Assembly: GCA_043228905.1 (NCBI GenBank)
Contig: JBHGNT010000017.1
Span: 11,966,001-12,030,000, forward strand
Length of the DNA: 64,000 nucleotides
Direction of reading: 5' to 3'
From: Azolla caroliniana
Taxonomy: Eukaryota; Plantae; Polypodiophyta
The notes beneath the pieces are model-generated. The model had not been told where the DNA came from. It was given only the letters and a program-made list of their open reading frames with translations, and did no database searches. This document shows, piece after piece, positions 1 to 12,749 of this stretch; positions within the stretch are counted from its first letter, which is position 1; the number at the start of each line of letters is the position of its first letter. A program made the position numbers and the translations under genes.

Positions 1-226
1 ATAGCTGACTACCAAACTTATGGAGAAACATGAACTAGTTTAAATGGAGGCTGATTTTGGTCCAAGCTAACCTTAACAGAACATGGCCCTATAATTGTTG
101 CCATGACTGTCCATGTTGTTATTATGGATCTTTGTCTTATATTGTTAAAACTATTATGTTTCTATTCCATTGCTGCTTAGATTGTGTAGTGTGTTGATAA
201 TGGTTTCAGTTGCGTTATCGTTCGGA

Positions 227-512
227 GTTTGATCTTGTGTGAATCACCTAAGCAATAGAGTAGATCAATTTTAAATACAGGTATGAAAGCCTAATAGGTT
301 TGTTATTTCCACGACATTATCCTAAAGTTCACTGCCTTACATTGTGCACAATTATATACACATATGGTTTGATCCCATATGAACAAACTGAGGAATAGAT
401 TAGATCAACTTTTAATACAAGTATTGAATACTTTAATAAGTTAGTTATTCCAATCACTTATCCTAATGTGCACTATCCTACATTTTCCACAATTACATAC
501 ATGCACATATGG
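227..512. repeat. Diverged ~140-bp tandem dimer
   Basis: gtttgatc...gaa...aatagaKtagatcaa...aataca...ttatcctaa...cacaatta...cacatatgg occurs twice, starting at 227 and 367. Confidence 0.65.
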
Positions 513-876
513 GTCAAAGTATAAATTATATCTCATTTTATTAGTATGGATACAAGTACACCTCATATTTTTGTAAAACCTACCTAATTAATATAAGTCT
601 TTAAGTTAGTGTTTACCTTGTCGCACAATAGTGCCATATTGAGCCATAGTTGAACTTTATTATGCTTACATTAACTTATCAACATGTCTAAACTTGCATG
701 CTTTCTAATGATCTCCACTCGTAGATCTATCATGTATTTTTATATTTGCAAATTCTTATCAAGTTGAGGAACATGTGATACTAGTGCATCCAATTATTGT
801 AGAGAGGGTGTATTTGCTTCGTTTTAAGAAGATTCTACAAGTGGAATGCGCAATCCTTCCACTTGTGAACGCGAAC

Positions 877-1468
877 GTGTTTTCTTACATATGGAAGAAT
901 TTGCTTACAATAATTCAATCCATTCTTCTACGGGATTCACTCCGTTCTTTGCAAACACAGGATATCATCCTCGATGGATGATGCTCGAATGTCCAAAAGT
1001 CTCAAAAAATCCCACGGTCAAAGATCGTCTAGAAAAACTCAAAGAAATTCAAACCAACCTTTCTCACAATTTGCTTCATGCTCAAACCAAGTACAAGAAG
1101 GTGGCGGATAAACATCGCTTAGATTCTTCACTTGAAGACCCTAAGTTTAAAGTTGTTGATCGTGTCTGGTTATTGCGTCGTAATGTGAAAACTACTCGAC
1201 CAAGTGCCAAATTGGATTTCCAACGTCTAGGTCCATTTGTAATCTCTCATCAAATCAATGATGTTGCATTTCGTCTGGACCTACCTTCACATATGCGTCT
1301 TCATCCAGTAATTCATGTTTCATTATTAGAACCATGGACATCAAGTTCTATTCCAAATCGGGTTATCCCACCACCACCTCCGGTTCAACTTGCTGAAGGA
1401 CCTAAATATGAAGTAGAAGCTATTTTGGACTCTAAGGTCATCCACAATAAGTTATATTATCTAGTAGA
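877..1468 (+). pseudogene. pol: Ty3/Gypsy chromovirus (Tcn1/Tf-like) integrase C-terminus, GPF/SH3 region and first half of chromodomain; 5'-truncated
   Basis: ORF 846..1523: EFAYNNSIHSSTGFTPFFAN, KLDFQRLGPF, LHPVIHVSLLEP, YEVEAILDSK..YYLVD; interrupted by Copia A. Confidence 0.9.
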
Positions 1469-1978
1469 TGTTGAGAAGCAAGCTCAACATGGTATGCGAT
1501 GCTTATTGGGAAATAAGTTATAGTAGTTATTTAGCTACTTGTGAACATAAAGGAGAAACAGCTAATTAGCTACTGACAGCTAATTAGCTACTGACAGCTA
1601 TTTAGCTACTGACAGCTATTTAGTGACTGATAGCTAATTAGCTACAGGCAGCTAATTAGCTGCATACGTAAGTAACTTATTACTTAGGTAGAAAGTAAGA
1701 GAGTAAGAAAAGAAGAAGAAGAAGATATACAGGAAGTAGAACTCTGTGAGAGAGAAAAAATATAGAGAGAAAGAACTCAGAGAGTGAGAGCAAGAGAGAG
1801 AAACAAACGAGAGCAAGTAGAGCTCTGCGCATAATGAAATAGAAGAAGTTTTTGGCTGCTACAGAGGTAAGTCTCCTTCCCCCTTCCCTTCTGTGTTTGA
1901 GCACTAAACGATCTAGCACACCACGATCCGCCGCGCACATAAGAAGAGCCCGAGTGCCTTCTTCACGTTTTCTTAACA
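1469..1978 (+). repeat. 5' LTR of Copia A; contains 18-bp agctaattagctactgac tandem units at ~1528-1662
   Basis: Near-identical to 11815-12324 (one mismatch spotted by eye). Confidence 0.97.
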
Positions 1979-2117
1979 TGGTATCAGAGCAGAGTTGCTC
2001 ATAATGAAGAGTACAAAAGTGCATAGATCTAAGAAAGGTATTCCTTTGTTTGCTGATCGGAATAAAAAAGTTACTTGTTGAAGTAATCGTAGCAGAAACC
2101 CTTGTTTGGAAGAGATA

Positions 2118-4736
2118 ATGGCTGCAGAGAATGCGGGCCAAATAGTTACAGAGAAACTAGATAAAAACAATTTCCCGGCGTGGAAATTTAGAATGACAAA
2201 TTTCCTAATGGGGAAAGGATACTGGGATTACATTGAAGGAGACCTAGAAGAGGCTCCGGAGATCCCAGAAGAAAATGCCACAGCAGCACAGATTAAAGCA
2301 TTCAAAGATTGGAATCAAGGGGCAAGGAAGGTAATGCATTGGCTCTCACTTAGCATCTCAGATTCGATGCTTGGGCACATACAGGATGCTATGCTCCCAA
2401 AAGAAGCTTGGGACAGTTTGGTAAAACTGTTTGCAGTAAACACAAAAGCTAGAAAGCTACAGTTGAAGACTGAGCTAAATACCTTAGAAAAAGGTAAGAT
2501 GTCAATAAATGAGTATGCCTTGAAAATAAAGAGCATATGTGAATCACTTGCTTCTATCAATGTAAAGATAGAAGATGATGATAAGGTAGAAATATGCTTG
2601 AGAGGCTTGGGACCCCAATACAAAAGCTTTAAAACCTCTATGCTTACAAGGGATAGTATCCCAAGTTTCTCAGATCTGGTTTCAATGCTTGTAGTAGAAG
2701 AAAGGAATCAGATGGATGATGTAAATAAAGGAAATCTTGAGAATGAGGGGCAAGCCCTATATAGTAGTGCCGGAAGAGGCCGAGGAAGAGGCCATGGAAG
2801 ATTTGGCTCAGCAAGAACCAACAATAATGGTTATCAAGGAAGAGGACAAAAAACTATTAGAGGAAGAAACAACAACAGAGGCAGGGGGAGCAACCAAGGT
2901 AGAGGTAAGCAAACATATGTAAATGATGATGGCTGTTGGTATTGTGGAAAACCAGGCCACACACAGGCTGAATGTTACAAGAAGCAAAATGATGAGCAAA
3001 GAGGAAAGAGACAGCAGAATAACTATGCCCAAACTAGTGAAGATTGTGAAAAAGATGGTGCATTTGTGGTACAACATGAGATAGCAGCAGTGGCTGAAAG
3101 CTCACAGAAATGTAATGAAGAGTTTACATGGTATGTAGACTCGGGGGCATCTAATCATATGACTGGACATGCAAACTGGTTTGAAAGGTTGAGAGAACCA
3201 GAGATTCCTGGCTATGTACAGACGGGTGATAATAGTACTCACCAAATAGAACATGTTGGAGATATTCCATTGTGGGAAGAAAAAGGAAAGACTAAGTATA
3301 TGTTGAATGTAATGCATGTTCCAAATCTTGCTAAGAATCTGATTTCTGTTGGACAGATAGTAGAGCAAGGTATGCAAGTAAAGTTTAAGCAAAGTGGATG
3401 CTATATAGAAAAGAATGGGAAGCTCATTGCAAAAGGAAAACGACAAGGAAGAATGTTTATTTTGGATGTTGACATGCCTAGACAGATTTCAGCTATGTTT
3501 GCAAATGGAATGAGTGTAGTCTCAGATGTGGAAATGTGGCATAAAAGGATTGGCCACATAAGTATGCAAACCCTAAAGAATATGTTGAGAAAAGATGCAG
3601 TGGCTGGACTGCCAAAACTGAAAAATTGTGAAATGGGAAAGATATGTGAAGCATGTCAATATGGAAAGCAAAATAGGTTGCCATTCCCTCATGAAAGACA
3701 TGTAAGTAAAAATTTGTTGGATTTGATACATACGGATGTATGGGGACCAACTAAGAATGCATCTATCGGTGGCTGCAGATTTTATGTAACTTTTATTGAT
3801 GATTGCTCAAGGAAAACATGGGTGTACTTCATGAAAGAGAAAAGTGAAGTGTTTGAATGTTTTCGTAAGTTTAAATGCATGGTAGAAAAGCAGGCAGGTA
3901 CAAGAATAAAATGTTTAAGATCTGATGGAGGAGGAGAGTATTTCTCCAATGAATTTTCTGATTTTCTATGCAATCAGGGAATAAGAAGACAGTTCACATG
4001 TAGATATACTCCACAGCAAAATGGAGTTGCTGAGAGGAAAAACAGAACATTGGTGAACATTGCAAGGGCTTTGATGACAGAGAAGAATATGCCATTGTAC
4101 TATTGGGCAGAAGCTGTAAATACAGCAAATTATATTCTAAATAGATGTATAACATCGGGAGTACATGAAGCAACTCCTGAAGAGTGTTTCTATGGAAGGA
4201 AACCTAGTATAGAACACTTAAAAGTGTTTGGATGCCTTGCATATGTACATGTGCTTGCAGAAGTAAGAAGTAAGCTGGATCCAAAGGCAGAAAAATGTAT
4301 TTTTGTTGGCTATTCAGAAGAACAAAAAGGGTATAGATGCTATAACCCTGTAACAAAGAAGATTGTGACAAGTAGGGATGTAATCTTTGATGAGTTAGCC
4401 AGCTGGTATAGTCCAAAACAGAATCCAGAGACTAATGAAGACAATGAGATTGAAGACAAAGACAAATCTGAAAATGTAGAAGACTGCCACAGAGATGGAA
4501 GCAAGGTTGGACAGCAAAGTCCAACATCAACAGAATGTTCTGGACCATCAAAAAGCTCAGATGGTAAATCTGATTCAAATTCTTGGAGAGGAAAAAGTGG
4601 AGGACACAAAAAATGTGATGATAAAAAAGGGAAACAGAAAATGCCAGAGTATGAAATGTTGGATGACTTGTCTAAAAACATGGAAGATGAGGATTCAGAT
4701 GTGTCATTGGATGATCTTCTTGGTATAAGAGGATTG
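2118..4736 (+). CDS. gag-pol: Copia A Gag-PR-INT, 5' part of the polyprotein
   Basis: CWYCGKPGHTQAEC zinc knuckle, WYVDSGAS protease, WHKRIGH..CEACQ HHCC, HTDVWGP, LRSDGGGEY, PQQNGVAER. Confidence 0.95.
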
Positions 4737-7700
4737 TGTTGAGTAATCGACGCTCCGATTAACCTTCACCACTCGGCCACAACCGAGTAAGCACGAATCA
4801 ATGCAGCAGAAAATAGGAACCACAGAGAAAGAACACGAATACACAAGGATTAACGTGGAAAACCCTAGACGGGAAAAAACCACGGGAGTACAAGACTCCA
4901 AACCAAAACTATGCACAGAGAAATATACAATGGCGAGCTGCAAGGCGACGACCTTGAGCTCGCTGTCCTCGCCACAGGCGGCGGAAATACACAGAGGCGT
5001 CGACCTCTTCCTCTCTCACGCTCTATCTCTCTCACGACTGCTCTCTCTCTTCACTCCTCTTGAGTGGAAAAACAGAAAAATAAGAAGCAACAGTAAAACT
5101 GTTTGCCCTAAGTCATATTTATACACATATGACTTTGGGGCTATTTACAACTATAGCCTCAAGGGCCCTTGGCAAACATATTCACAGATATGTCCCCGCA
5201 TCCGGATCTCTCTCCGGGTACATTCGTCGTCCGGCTCCGAAGTCGGGGTCTTCATCATCCGGTTCCGAAACCGAAACCGGGCTTGTCGGCATTCATCTCC
5301 GACATCCGACCATCCCATCCGAAGGGACCGTAATCCCAACAAACTCCCCCTTCACTTCGGCATGGGATGTCTCTCCAAACCGATCCTCTTCCGGCATGCT
5401 TCCAGCTTGTCGGGTGTGAGCACCTTGGTCAGCATGTCCGACCCGTTCTCGTCCGTGTGGACCTTCGTCAGCACGAACTCCTTGTCTTCTATCCTTTCCC
5501 GGATCCAGTGATATCTTCGCTGGATGTGCTTCGTCCGGGAGTGATAGGCCGCGTTCTTCGCAAGGTGGATTGCACTCTGACTGTCGCAGTAGAGTCGGTA
5601 CTCCTCCTGCCGGATACCGAGCTCTCTAATGAAGTCCTTCATCCATATTATTTCCTTGCCGGCTTCAACAGCCGCCATGTACTCCGCCTCCGTGGTTGAC
5701 AACGCAACCGTCTTCTGCAGCCTCGACTGCCATGAAACAGCTCCCCCTGCATACGTCATCACATACCCTGATGTGGACCGGCTGGTATCTGCATCAGCCG
5801 ACATATCCGAATCGGTGAAGCCGTCGAGTTCGGGCTTACCGGAGCCGAATCGGAGGCACACGTTTGCCGTGCCCTTCAGGTATCAGAGTATCCACTTGGC
5901 CGCGTTCCAATGCTCTTTGCCGGGATTGCTCATGTACCGGCTCACCACTCCGACTGCATATCCTATGTCCGGTCTTGTACACACCATTGCGTACATCAAG
6001 CTTCCGACGGCAGAGGCATATGGCACTTTCATCATGTCCTCCTTCTCAGCCTTTGTCTTGGGGCTTTGCTTGCTGGACAACTTGCAGTTTGCCGGGAGGG
6101 TCGATCCGACCGGTCTTGCTTCCGACATGTTGAACCGTTTGAGTACCTTTGTCACGTACTTCTCCTGTGACAGCCACAACTGCTTCTTGCTCCGGTCCCG
6201 GATGATGTGCATCCCTAGTATTTGTCTCGCCGGACCCAAGTCCTTCATTGAGAAGGTTCGGTGAAGAGCCTTCTTCAGCATCCGAATCTTGACCTGGTCC
6301 CGTCCGACGATCAACATGTCGTCCACGTACAGGAGGAGTATTAGAAAGTCTCCTCCTTCGAACTTCTTCACAAACACGCAGTGGTCGGACTGCGTTTTGA
6401 GGTACCCTTCGTTGGTCATGAAAGAGTCGAACTTCCGGTACCATTGCCGGGGAGCCTGCTTCAGTCCGTAAAGGCTCTTCTTCAACCGGCATACCAGGTG
6501 CTCCTTCCCTTTCTTCTCGAATCCTTCCGGTTGCTGCATGTAGATCTCTTCTTCGACGTCGCCGTGAAGGAATGCCGTCTTCACGTCCATCTGTTCTACC
6601 TCGAGGTCCATGCTTGCCGCTATGCTCAGCACCATCCGGATGGAGGTCATCTTCACTACCGGGGCAAATATCTCGTCGAAGTCGACGCCCTTCTTCTGCT
6701 GAAACCCCTTCACCACGATCCTGGCTTTGTATCTCGGGGGGTTTCCGGCATCTCCCGGTTTCAGCTTGAACACCCACTTGTTACGGAGTGCCCGTTTTCC
6801 TTTCGGCAACTCCACAAGTTCATATGTGTGGTTCTCATGCAGGGAATCCATCTCCTCTTGCATGGCACTTAACCACCTGCGGCTATGGGTGTCATGCTTC
6901 GCTTCTTCAAAGCTCTCCGGCTCCCCCTCGTCGGTTAGCAGCACGTGCTCTGGTTCCGGAAATCTCCGGGGGGCCCTTCTCTCTCTTAGAGGATATCTCC
7001 GTTCCGGAGCTTCGGTAACCGGTTCTTCCGATTCTTCTTCATCCGAATCCATTTCGGGATCGGGGCCGGTTCCGGTATCATTTTCATCTTCTTCGGCCGG
7101 TTCTGTTTCTTCACCGTCTTCGGCCGGATCTTCGAGTGCTAACCGGTCCCTTGCCGGTCGGGACTGCTCCTCGTAGAGTTTATCCTCACCGGTCGACTTG
7201 GAGCTCTTCATCTTCTTGTCCGACTCCCAGTCGGCGAGTGTCTTGTTCTCCATGAAGATGATATCACGACTCCGGAATATCTTCTTGTCGACCGGGTCCC
7301 ATACTCGGTAGCCGAACTCGTCATCGCCGTAACCGAGGAATATGCATGGCCGGGTCTTTGGATCTAGCTTTCCTCTCCGGTCCTTTGCCACATGCACGTA
7401 TGCGAGACACCCGAACACCTTCAGATGCCGGTAGGATACTTCCCTACCGGTCCACACTCTCTGCGGCGTGTCTCCGTCCAAAGGTACTGAGGGTGATCTG
7501 TTTATCACGTACGTCGCCGTCGACATTGCCTCAGCCCAAAATCCCTTGGGTAATTCCGCATGCGCCAGCATACTCCAGACCCTCTCCATTATGGTCCGGT
7601 TCATCCTCTCGGCCAGCCCGTTCAGTTCCGGCGTCTTCGGCACAGTAAACTCGAGCCGGATTCCCTTCGAGCGACAGTACTCCGCGAACTGCCCCCGGTA

Positions 7701-10060
7701 TTCCCCTCCGTTATCCGCTCGTATCGCTTTCAGCTTCTTGCCGGATTCTCTTTCCACTCTCGCGTGGAGTTCTTTGAAGACGGACAATACTTGGTCCTTT
7801 GTCTTCAACGGTGCCGTCCACAGCTTCCGGCTATGGTCATCAATGAATGTTACGAAGTACTGGGCTCCGCCATGTGACTTCGTTTCTACCTAACACACAT
7901 CAGTGTGCACCAACTCCAATGGTGCGCTCCGTCTCGTCGGTGGCCTTGAATGGAAGGAGGTTCGGTTCTGCTTACCGGCCAGGCAATCGGTGCACTTCTC
8001 CAGGTGCACATGCTTCACTGGAATAAGGTTGTCTTCTGCAAGCCTCTTCATCCCCTTCTCACTCATGTGGCACAGTCTTTTGTGCCACAGCTCACCGGCA
8101 GTGTCGGCTGCCACATTCAGCTCTTCCGGACATAACCGGGCATTCATCAGGTACAGTGTGTTGACTTTCCGGGCCCGAGCCACTATCAGGCTCCCCTTGC
8201 TGAACTTCATTACGCCGTTCCGGATGCTACCTGTGTAGCCTTCATCGTCTAGCCTCCCGGCCGAAATCAGGTTCAATCGAACCTCCGGAACGTGTCGGAC
8301 ATCCTTCAGCAGCATTTTGCATCCGGTCGGGGTTGTCAACCACACGTCTCCTATGCCGGCAATCCGGCACGTACCTTCATTTCCCATCCGAACACAGCCA
8401 TGCTCACCGGCTGTGTAGGATGAGAAGTATCTTCTTTCCGGGGTCAGGTGGAACGACGCTCCGGAATCGACCACCCAGGTAGTCTCATCGCCGGCAATGT
8501 TTAGTTCACCTTCTTCGGTGATGAGCATGATCTCCTCTTCACTTGCCGCGAGTGCCGTCGTTCCTTTCCGGTCCTGCCCTCGCCGATCCGAACCATTTCG
8601 GTCCGTGGCTCCCCGGTAAGCACCGTTCCGTTCCGAAGACTTCTTCGAATCGGTGTCGTCGGCTCCGTTGTCTTTTCGGTAATGCCGACAATTCTTCCGG
8701 AAGTGCCCCGGCTTCCCACAGTGGAAGCATGTGGGTCTTCCTCTTGACTGCGACCGGGTCCCCGACTTCTCCCGTCTTTGCGGACTCCGGTTCCGTTGTC
8801 TTCCCCGATCCGATTCGGTAAACAACATCTTCGGATCGGAGGCCGGTTCTTTATCTCTCCGACGCGCTTCTTCGTTCAAAATACTTGTCTTTACCGTTTG
8901 TAGGGACAAGTTATCTTCGGTGCAGGAGGTGCTGAGAGTCACCACCAAGTTCTCCCAACTTTCCGGCAATGTACACATCAGAATGATGGCTTGCATTGCA
9001 TCCTCCAACGGGAACTTGATCGCCGCAAGCTGATTCACGAATCCCATGAACGTGCTTACGTGTTCCACCATACTCTCGCCGTCCCGGTACTTGAGGTTCA
9101 CTATCTTCCTCATCAGGGAGGTCCGGTTCAACGCATTCTTCCTCTCGTAGAGGCCCGACAGCTTCCGCCACATCTCATATGCGTTGGTGTCGTTCGCCAC
9201 ATGTTGTAGAACGCTCACGTCTACGTATTGCCGAATGGTTGCAACGGCTTTCCGGTTCAGAAGCCTCCATTCCGAGTCAAGTACCCCCTTCGGTATTTCC
9301 GACCTGTCAATCGGTTCGTACAGGTCCCGAACAATCAGAAGATCCTCCATCTTGATCTTCCAGTCGGCGTAATTCTGCGCATTCAGCACCATCATCCCCG
9401 GCTGCCCGCTGCCGCCGCCTTCCATTTTCTGCAGCAACTTGCTCTGATACCAGTTTGTTGAGTAATCGACGCTCCGATTAACCTTCACCACTCGGCCACA
9501 ACCGAGTAAGCACGAATCAATGCAGCAGAAAATAGGAACCACAGAGAAAGAACACGAATACACAGGGATTAACGTGGAAAACCCTAGACGGGAAAAAACC
9601 ACGGGAGTACAAAACTCCAAACCAAAACTATGCACAGAGAAATATACAATGGCGAGCTGCAAGGCGACGACCTTGAGCTCGCTGTCCTCGCCACAGGCGG
9701 CGGAAATACACAGAGGCGTCGACCTCTTCCTCTCTCACGCTCTATCTCTCTCACGGCTGCTCTCTCTCTTCACTCCTCTTGAGTGGAAAAACAGAAAAAT
9801 AAGAAGCAACAGTAAAACTGTTTGCCCTAAGTCATATTTATACACATATGACTTTGGGGCTATTTATAACTATAGCCTCAAGGGCCCTTGGCAAACATAT
9901 TCACAGATATGTCCCCGCATCCGGATCTCTCTCCGGGTACATTCGTCGTCCAGCTCCGAAGTCGGGGTCTTCATCATCCGGTTCTGAAACCGAAACCGGG
10001 CTTGTCGGCATTCATCTCCGACATCCGACCATCCCATCCGAAGGGACCGTAATCCCAACA
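4737..10060 (-). mobile_element. Ty1/Copia element B (Tnt1/Tork-like, GC-rich), full length
   Basis: 605-bp LTRs at 4737-5341 and 9456-10060; TSD GATTG (4732-4736/10061-10065); PBS 9441-9452 (iMet); PPT ~5342-5353. Confidence 0.97.
5352..9425 (-). pseudogene. gag-pol: Copia B Gag-Pol with two in-frame stops
   Basis: Same-frame ORFs 7890..9662, 5883..7808 and 5352..5861 with CFHCGKPGH, WVVDSGAS, ADNGGEY, YVDDM, FTDSDM; stops TAG at 7890-7892 and TGA at 5883-5885. Confidence 0.93.
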
Positions 10061-10062
10061 GA

Positions 10063-11796
10063 TTGAAAATCCCTGGTATGGAAAAAGCATTGAAGGATGC
10101 AAATCAGAAACTGAGAAGATCAGATAGAGAGAAAAAAACTGTTGAAAGATTTGGTTATGATACATACATGGCTATGCATTATGCATACATGTCTAAGGTG
10201 GTACAGATCCCTGACCCAAGTAGTTTTGATGAAGCTAAAACTGAGAAGAAATGGGTGGACGCAATGCAAGAAGAGATTGATGCATTGGCTGAAAACAGAA
10301 CATGGGATTTGGTGAAGTTACCAAAAGAAAAAAATGTGGTAGGTTGCAAATGGGTCTACAAGACAAAGCATGATTCCAGTGGGAATGTAAGTAGACATAA
10401 AGCAAGATTGGTTGCAAAGGGATATGCCCAAATGCAAGGAATTGATTATGATGAGACATTTGCACCGGTTGCAAAGATGGCAACATTGAGGACATTACTG
10501 GCTGTAGGTGCAGCCAGAAGATGGTTTCTTCATCATATGGATGTAAAAAATGCTTTTTTACATGGTAACTTGGAAGAAGAAGTGTATATGTGTCAACCAC
10601 CAGGTTTTGAAGATAGGAAGCATCCAGATTATGTATGTAAGCTGAAAAAGGCTCTCTATGGACTGAAACAGGCACCAAGAACATGGCACAGGGAACTTTC
10701 AGATTATCTGAAAAAACTTGACTTCAAAATGTCAAAGGCTGATTCATCATTGTATGTTAAAAGGAAAGATGGTTGTATTGTTGTGATTCTGATTTATGTT
10801 GATGATCTCATCATTGGAGGTGATTTCATGGATGAGATAAGTAAGCTGAAAAGGAATTTGGAAATGAAATTTCATATGAAAGATTTGGGAGATCTGAGAT
10901 ATTTTTTGCGTATTGAAATCATCAGATCTGAAAGTGGTATATGTGTGTTGCAAAGACAATATGCAACAACTATGTTGAAAAAGTATGGTATGCTTGGATG
11001 CAAACCTATTGGAGTACCACTAGATAAAAACTGCAAATTGAGGGCTGATTTGGGAGCCAAAATAGAAGATGTAAACATGTACAGGTCTATGGTGGGCAGC
11101 CTTATTTATTTGACCATAACAAGACCTGATTTGAGTTATGCAGTTGGATTAGTTAGCCAATTTATGCAACAGCCAACAAAGCCGCATTTGGACTGCATTA
11201 GAAGAATTCTGAGGTATGTAAAAGCTACTCAGAACTATGGATTGTTTTACAGGGCTGATTTGGACATAAATCTGGAAGGATATACAGATGCTGATTGGGC
11301 TGGAAGCCAAACAGATAGAAGATCCACAAGTGGATATATCTTTACATTGGGAAGTGCAGGTATTTCATGGAGTAGCAAGAAACAGGCTACTGTTGCATTG
11401 TCTAGTACTGAAGCTGAGTACAGAGGAGCTGCCATAGCCACTTGTGAAGAGGTATGGATTAGAAGATTGCTTGCTGATTTGGGAGAGTATATAGACGGTA
11501 CTGTCACAATCTGGTGTGACAACATGAGCAGCATTCAACTTGCAAAGAACCCTGTGTTCCATGCAAGAACAAAGCACATTGAAGTGCATTATCACTTTGT
11601 TAGAGAAAAAGTGATTGAAGGAGAAGTTGATCTGGTGTATGTGAATACAAATCAGCAGGTTGCTGATATTCTCACAAAGGGATTGAGTGTGGAAAAGCAT
11701 ACACAGTTTCGGAACATGATGGGAGTTGTAGACATTGATATGATGGCTGAAAAGCATCATGAAAAAGAAGTTGTAAATAATCCCAAGAAAGGATAA
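10063..11796 (+). CDS. pol: Copia A RT-RNase H, 3' part; rejoins the 5' part in frame (GIRGL|KIPGM) when B is removed
   Basis: ARLVAKGY, MDVKNAFLHG, YVDDL, YTDADWAG, TKHIEVHYHFVRE. Confidence 0.95.
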   Translation: MKIPGMEKALKDANQKLRRSDREKKTVERFGYDTYMAMHYAYMSKVVQIPDPSSFDEAKTEKKWVDAMQEEIDALAENRTWDLVKLPKEKNVVGCKWVYKTKHDSSGNVSRHKARLVAKGYAQMQGIDYDETFAPVAKMATLRTLLAVGAARRWFLHHMDVKNAFLHGNLEEEVYMCQPPGFEDRKHPDYVCKLKKALYGLKQAPRTWHRELSDYLKKLDFKMSKADSSLYVKRKDGCIVVILIYVDDLIIGGDFMDEISKLKRNLEMKFHMKDLGDLRYFLRIEIIRSESGICVLQRQYATTMLKKYGMLGCKPIGVPLDKNCKLRADLGAKIEDVNMYRSMVGSLIYLTITRPDLSYAVGLVSQFMQQPTKPHLDCIRRILRYVKATQNYGLFYRADLDINLEGYTDADWAGSQTDRRSTSGYIFTLGSAGISWSSKKQATVALSSTEAEYRGAAIATCEEVWIRRLLADLGEYIDGTVTIWCDNMSSIQLAKNPVFHARTKHIEVHYHFVREKVIEGEVDLVYVNTNQQVADILTKGLSVEKHTQFRNMMGVVDIDMMAEKHHEKEVVNNPKKG

Positions 11797-11814
11797 GTTG
11801 AGCTTGAGGGGGAG

Positions 11815-12324
11815 TGTTGAGAAGCAAGCTCAACATGGTATGCGATGCTTATTGGGAAATAAGTTATAGTAGTTATTTAGCTACTTGTGAACATAAAGGA
11901 GAAACAGCTAATTAGCTACTGACAGCTAATTAGCTACTGACAGCTATTTAGCTACTGACAGCTATTTAGTGACTGATAGCTAATTAGCTACAGGCAGCTA
12001 ATTAGCTGCATACGTAAGTAACTTATTACTTAGGTAGAAAGTAAGAGAGTAAGAAAAAAAGAAGAAGAAGATATACAGGAAGTAGAACTCTGTGAGAGAG
12101 AAAAAATATAGAGAGAAAGAACTCAGAGAGTGAGAGCAAGAGAGAGAAACAAACGAGAGCAAGTAGAGCTCTGCGCATAATGAAATAGAAGAAGTTTTTG
12201 GCTGCTACAGAGGTAAGTCTCCTTCCCCCTTCCCTTCTGTGTTTGAGCACTAAACGATCTAGCACACCACGATCCGCCGCGCACATAAGAAGAGCCCGAG
12301 TGCCTTCTTCACGTTTTCTTAACA
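11815..12324 (+). repeat. 3' LTR of Copia A
   Basis: Follows the PPT, ends in CA, followed by TSD GTAGA. Confidence 0.97.
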
Positions 12325-12690
12325 GTAGATTGGCTGGGATACACGCTTGCGGATCAGACATGAGAACCTGCAACGAATGTCACTAATGCCTCTGAACTTA
12401 TACAAGAGTTTCATCTTCGTTATCCCCATAAACCAAAACCTAGTTCATGCATTGCGACCCATGGAACTCGTCGTCAAAGGAGGGGATGATGTCACAAAAT
12501 GTGAATATCAAGGTTTGAACTTGTGACCTTCAAACAATGGTCTTACACTTCAACCATTGCACCAACTCATTTTCATATTATTATTATTCAAGAACTCTAG
12601 AGCACTAGACACATTAGATGACCGCCAAATGGCATGCACCCTGTACGCCAAGTGGCGCACAACATGTATGCCAAATGGCGATCATGCACA
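12325..12690 (+). mobile_element. Continuation of the same chromovirus: rest of chromodomain, PPT and start of 3' LTR (from 12490; right end uncertain)
   Basis: After TSD GTAGA the frame reads VDWLGYTLADQT*EPATNVTNASELIQEFHLRYPHKP; aaaggaggggatga is followed by TGTCAC at 12490. Confidence 0.8.
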
Positions 12691-12749
12691 TTCTGATGTA
12701 CAATATATAAGTCGAAGATCTGCTTAGTGTTGAACCATTCCGGTTCAAC

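Larger units (their letters stand above)
1469..12324 (+). mobile_element. Ty1/Copia element A, full length, interrupted by Copia B
   Basis: 510-bp TG..CA LTRs at 1469-1978 and 11815-12324; TSD GTAGA (1464-1468/12325-12329); PBS TGGTATCAGAGC at 1979-1990 (iMet); PPT gagggggag at 11806-11814. Confidence 0.97.

Noticed and set aside
837-866. 10-bp hairpin acaagtggaa/ttccacttgt as a Helitron 3' end
   Set aside because: No CTRR terminus follows and there is no other Helitron evidence.
1680-2141. Hydrophobic 153-aa ORF (and 12026..12373) suggesting a membrane or env protein
   Set aside because: Antisense reading of a GA-rich LTR segment.
4801-5511. 236-aa ORF, repeated at 9520..9987
   Set aside because: Lies antisense within the Copia B LTRs; no recognisable domain.
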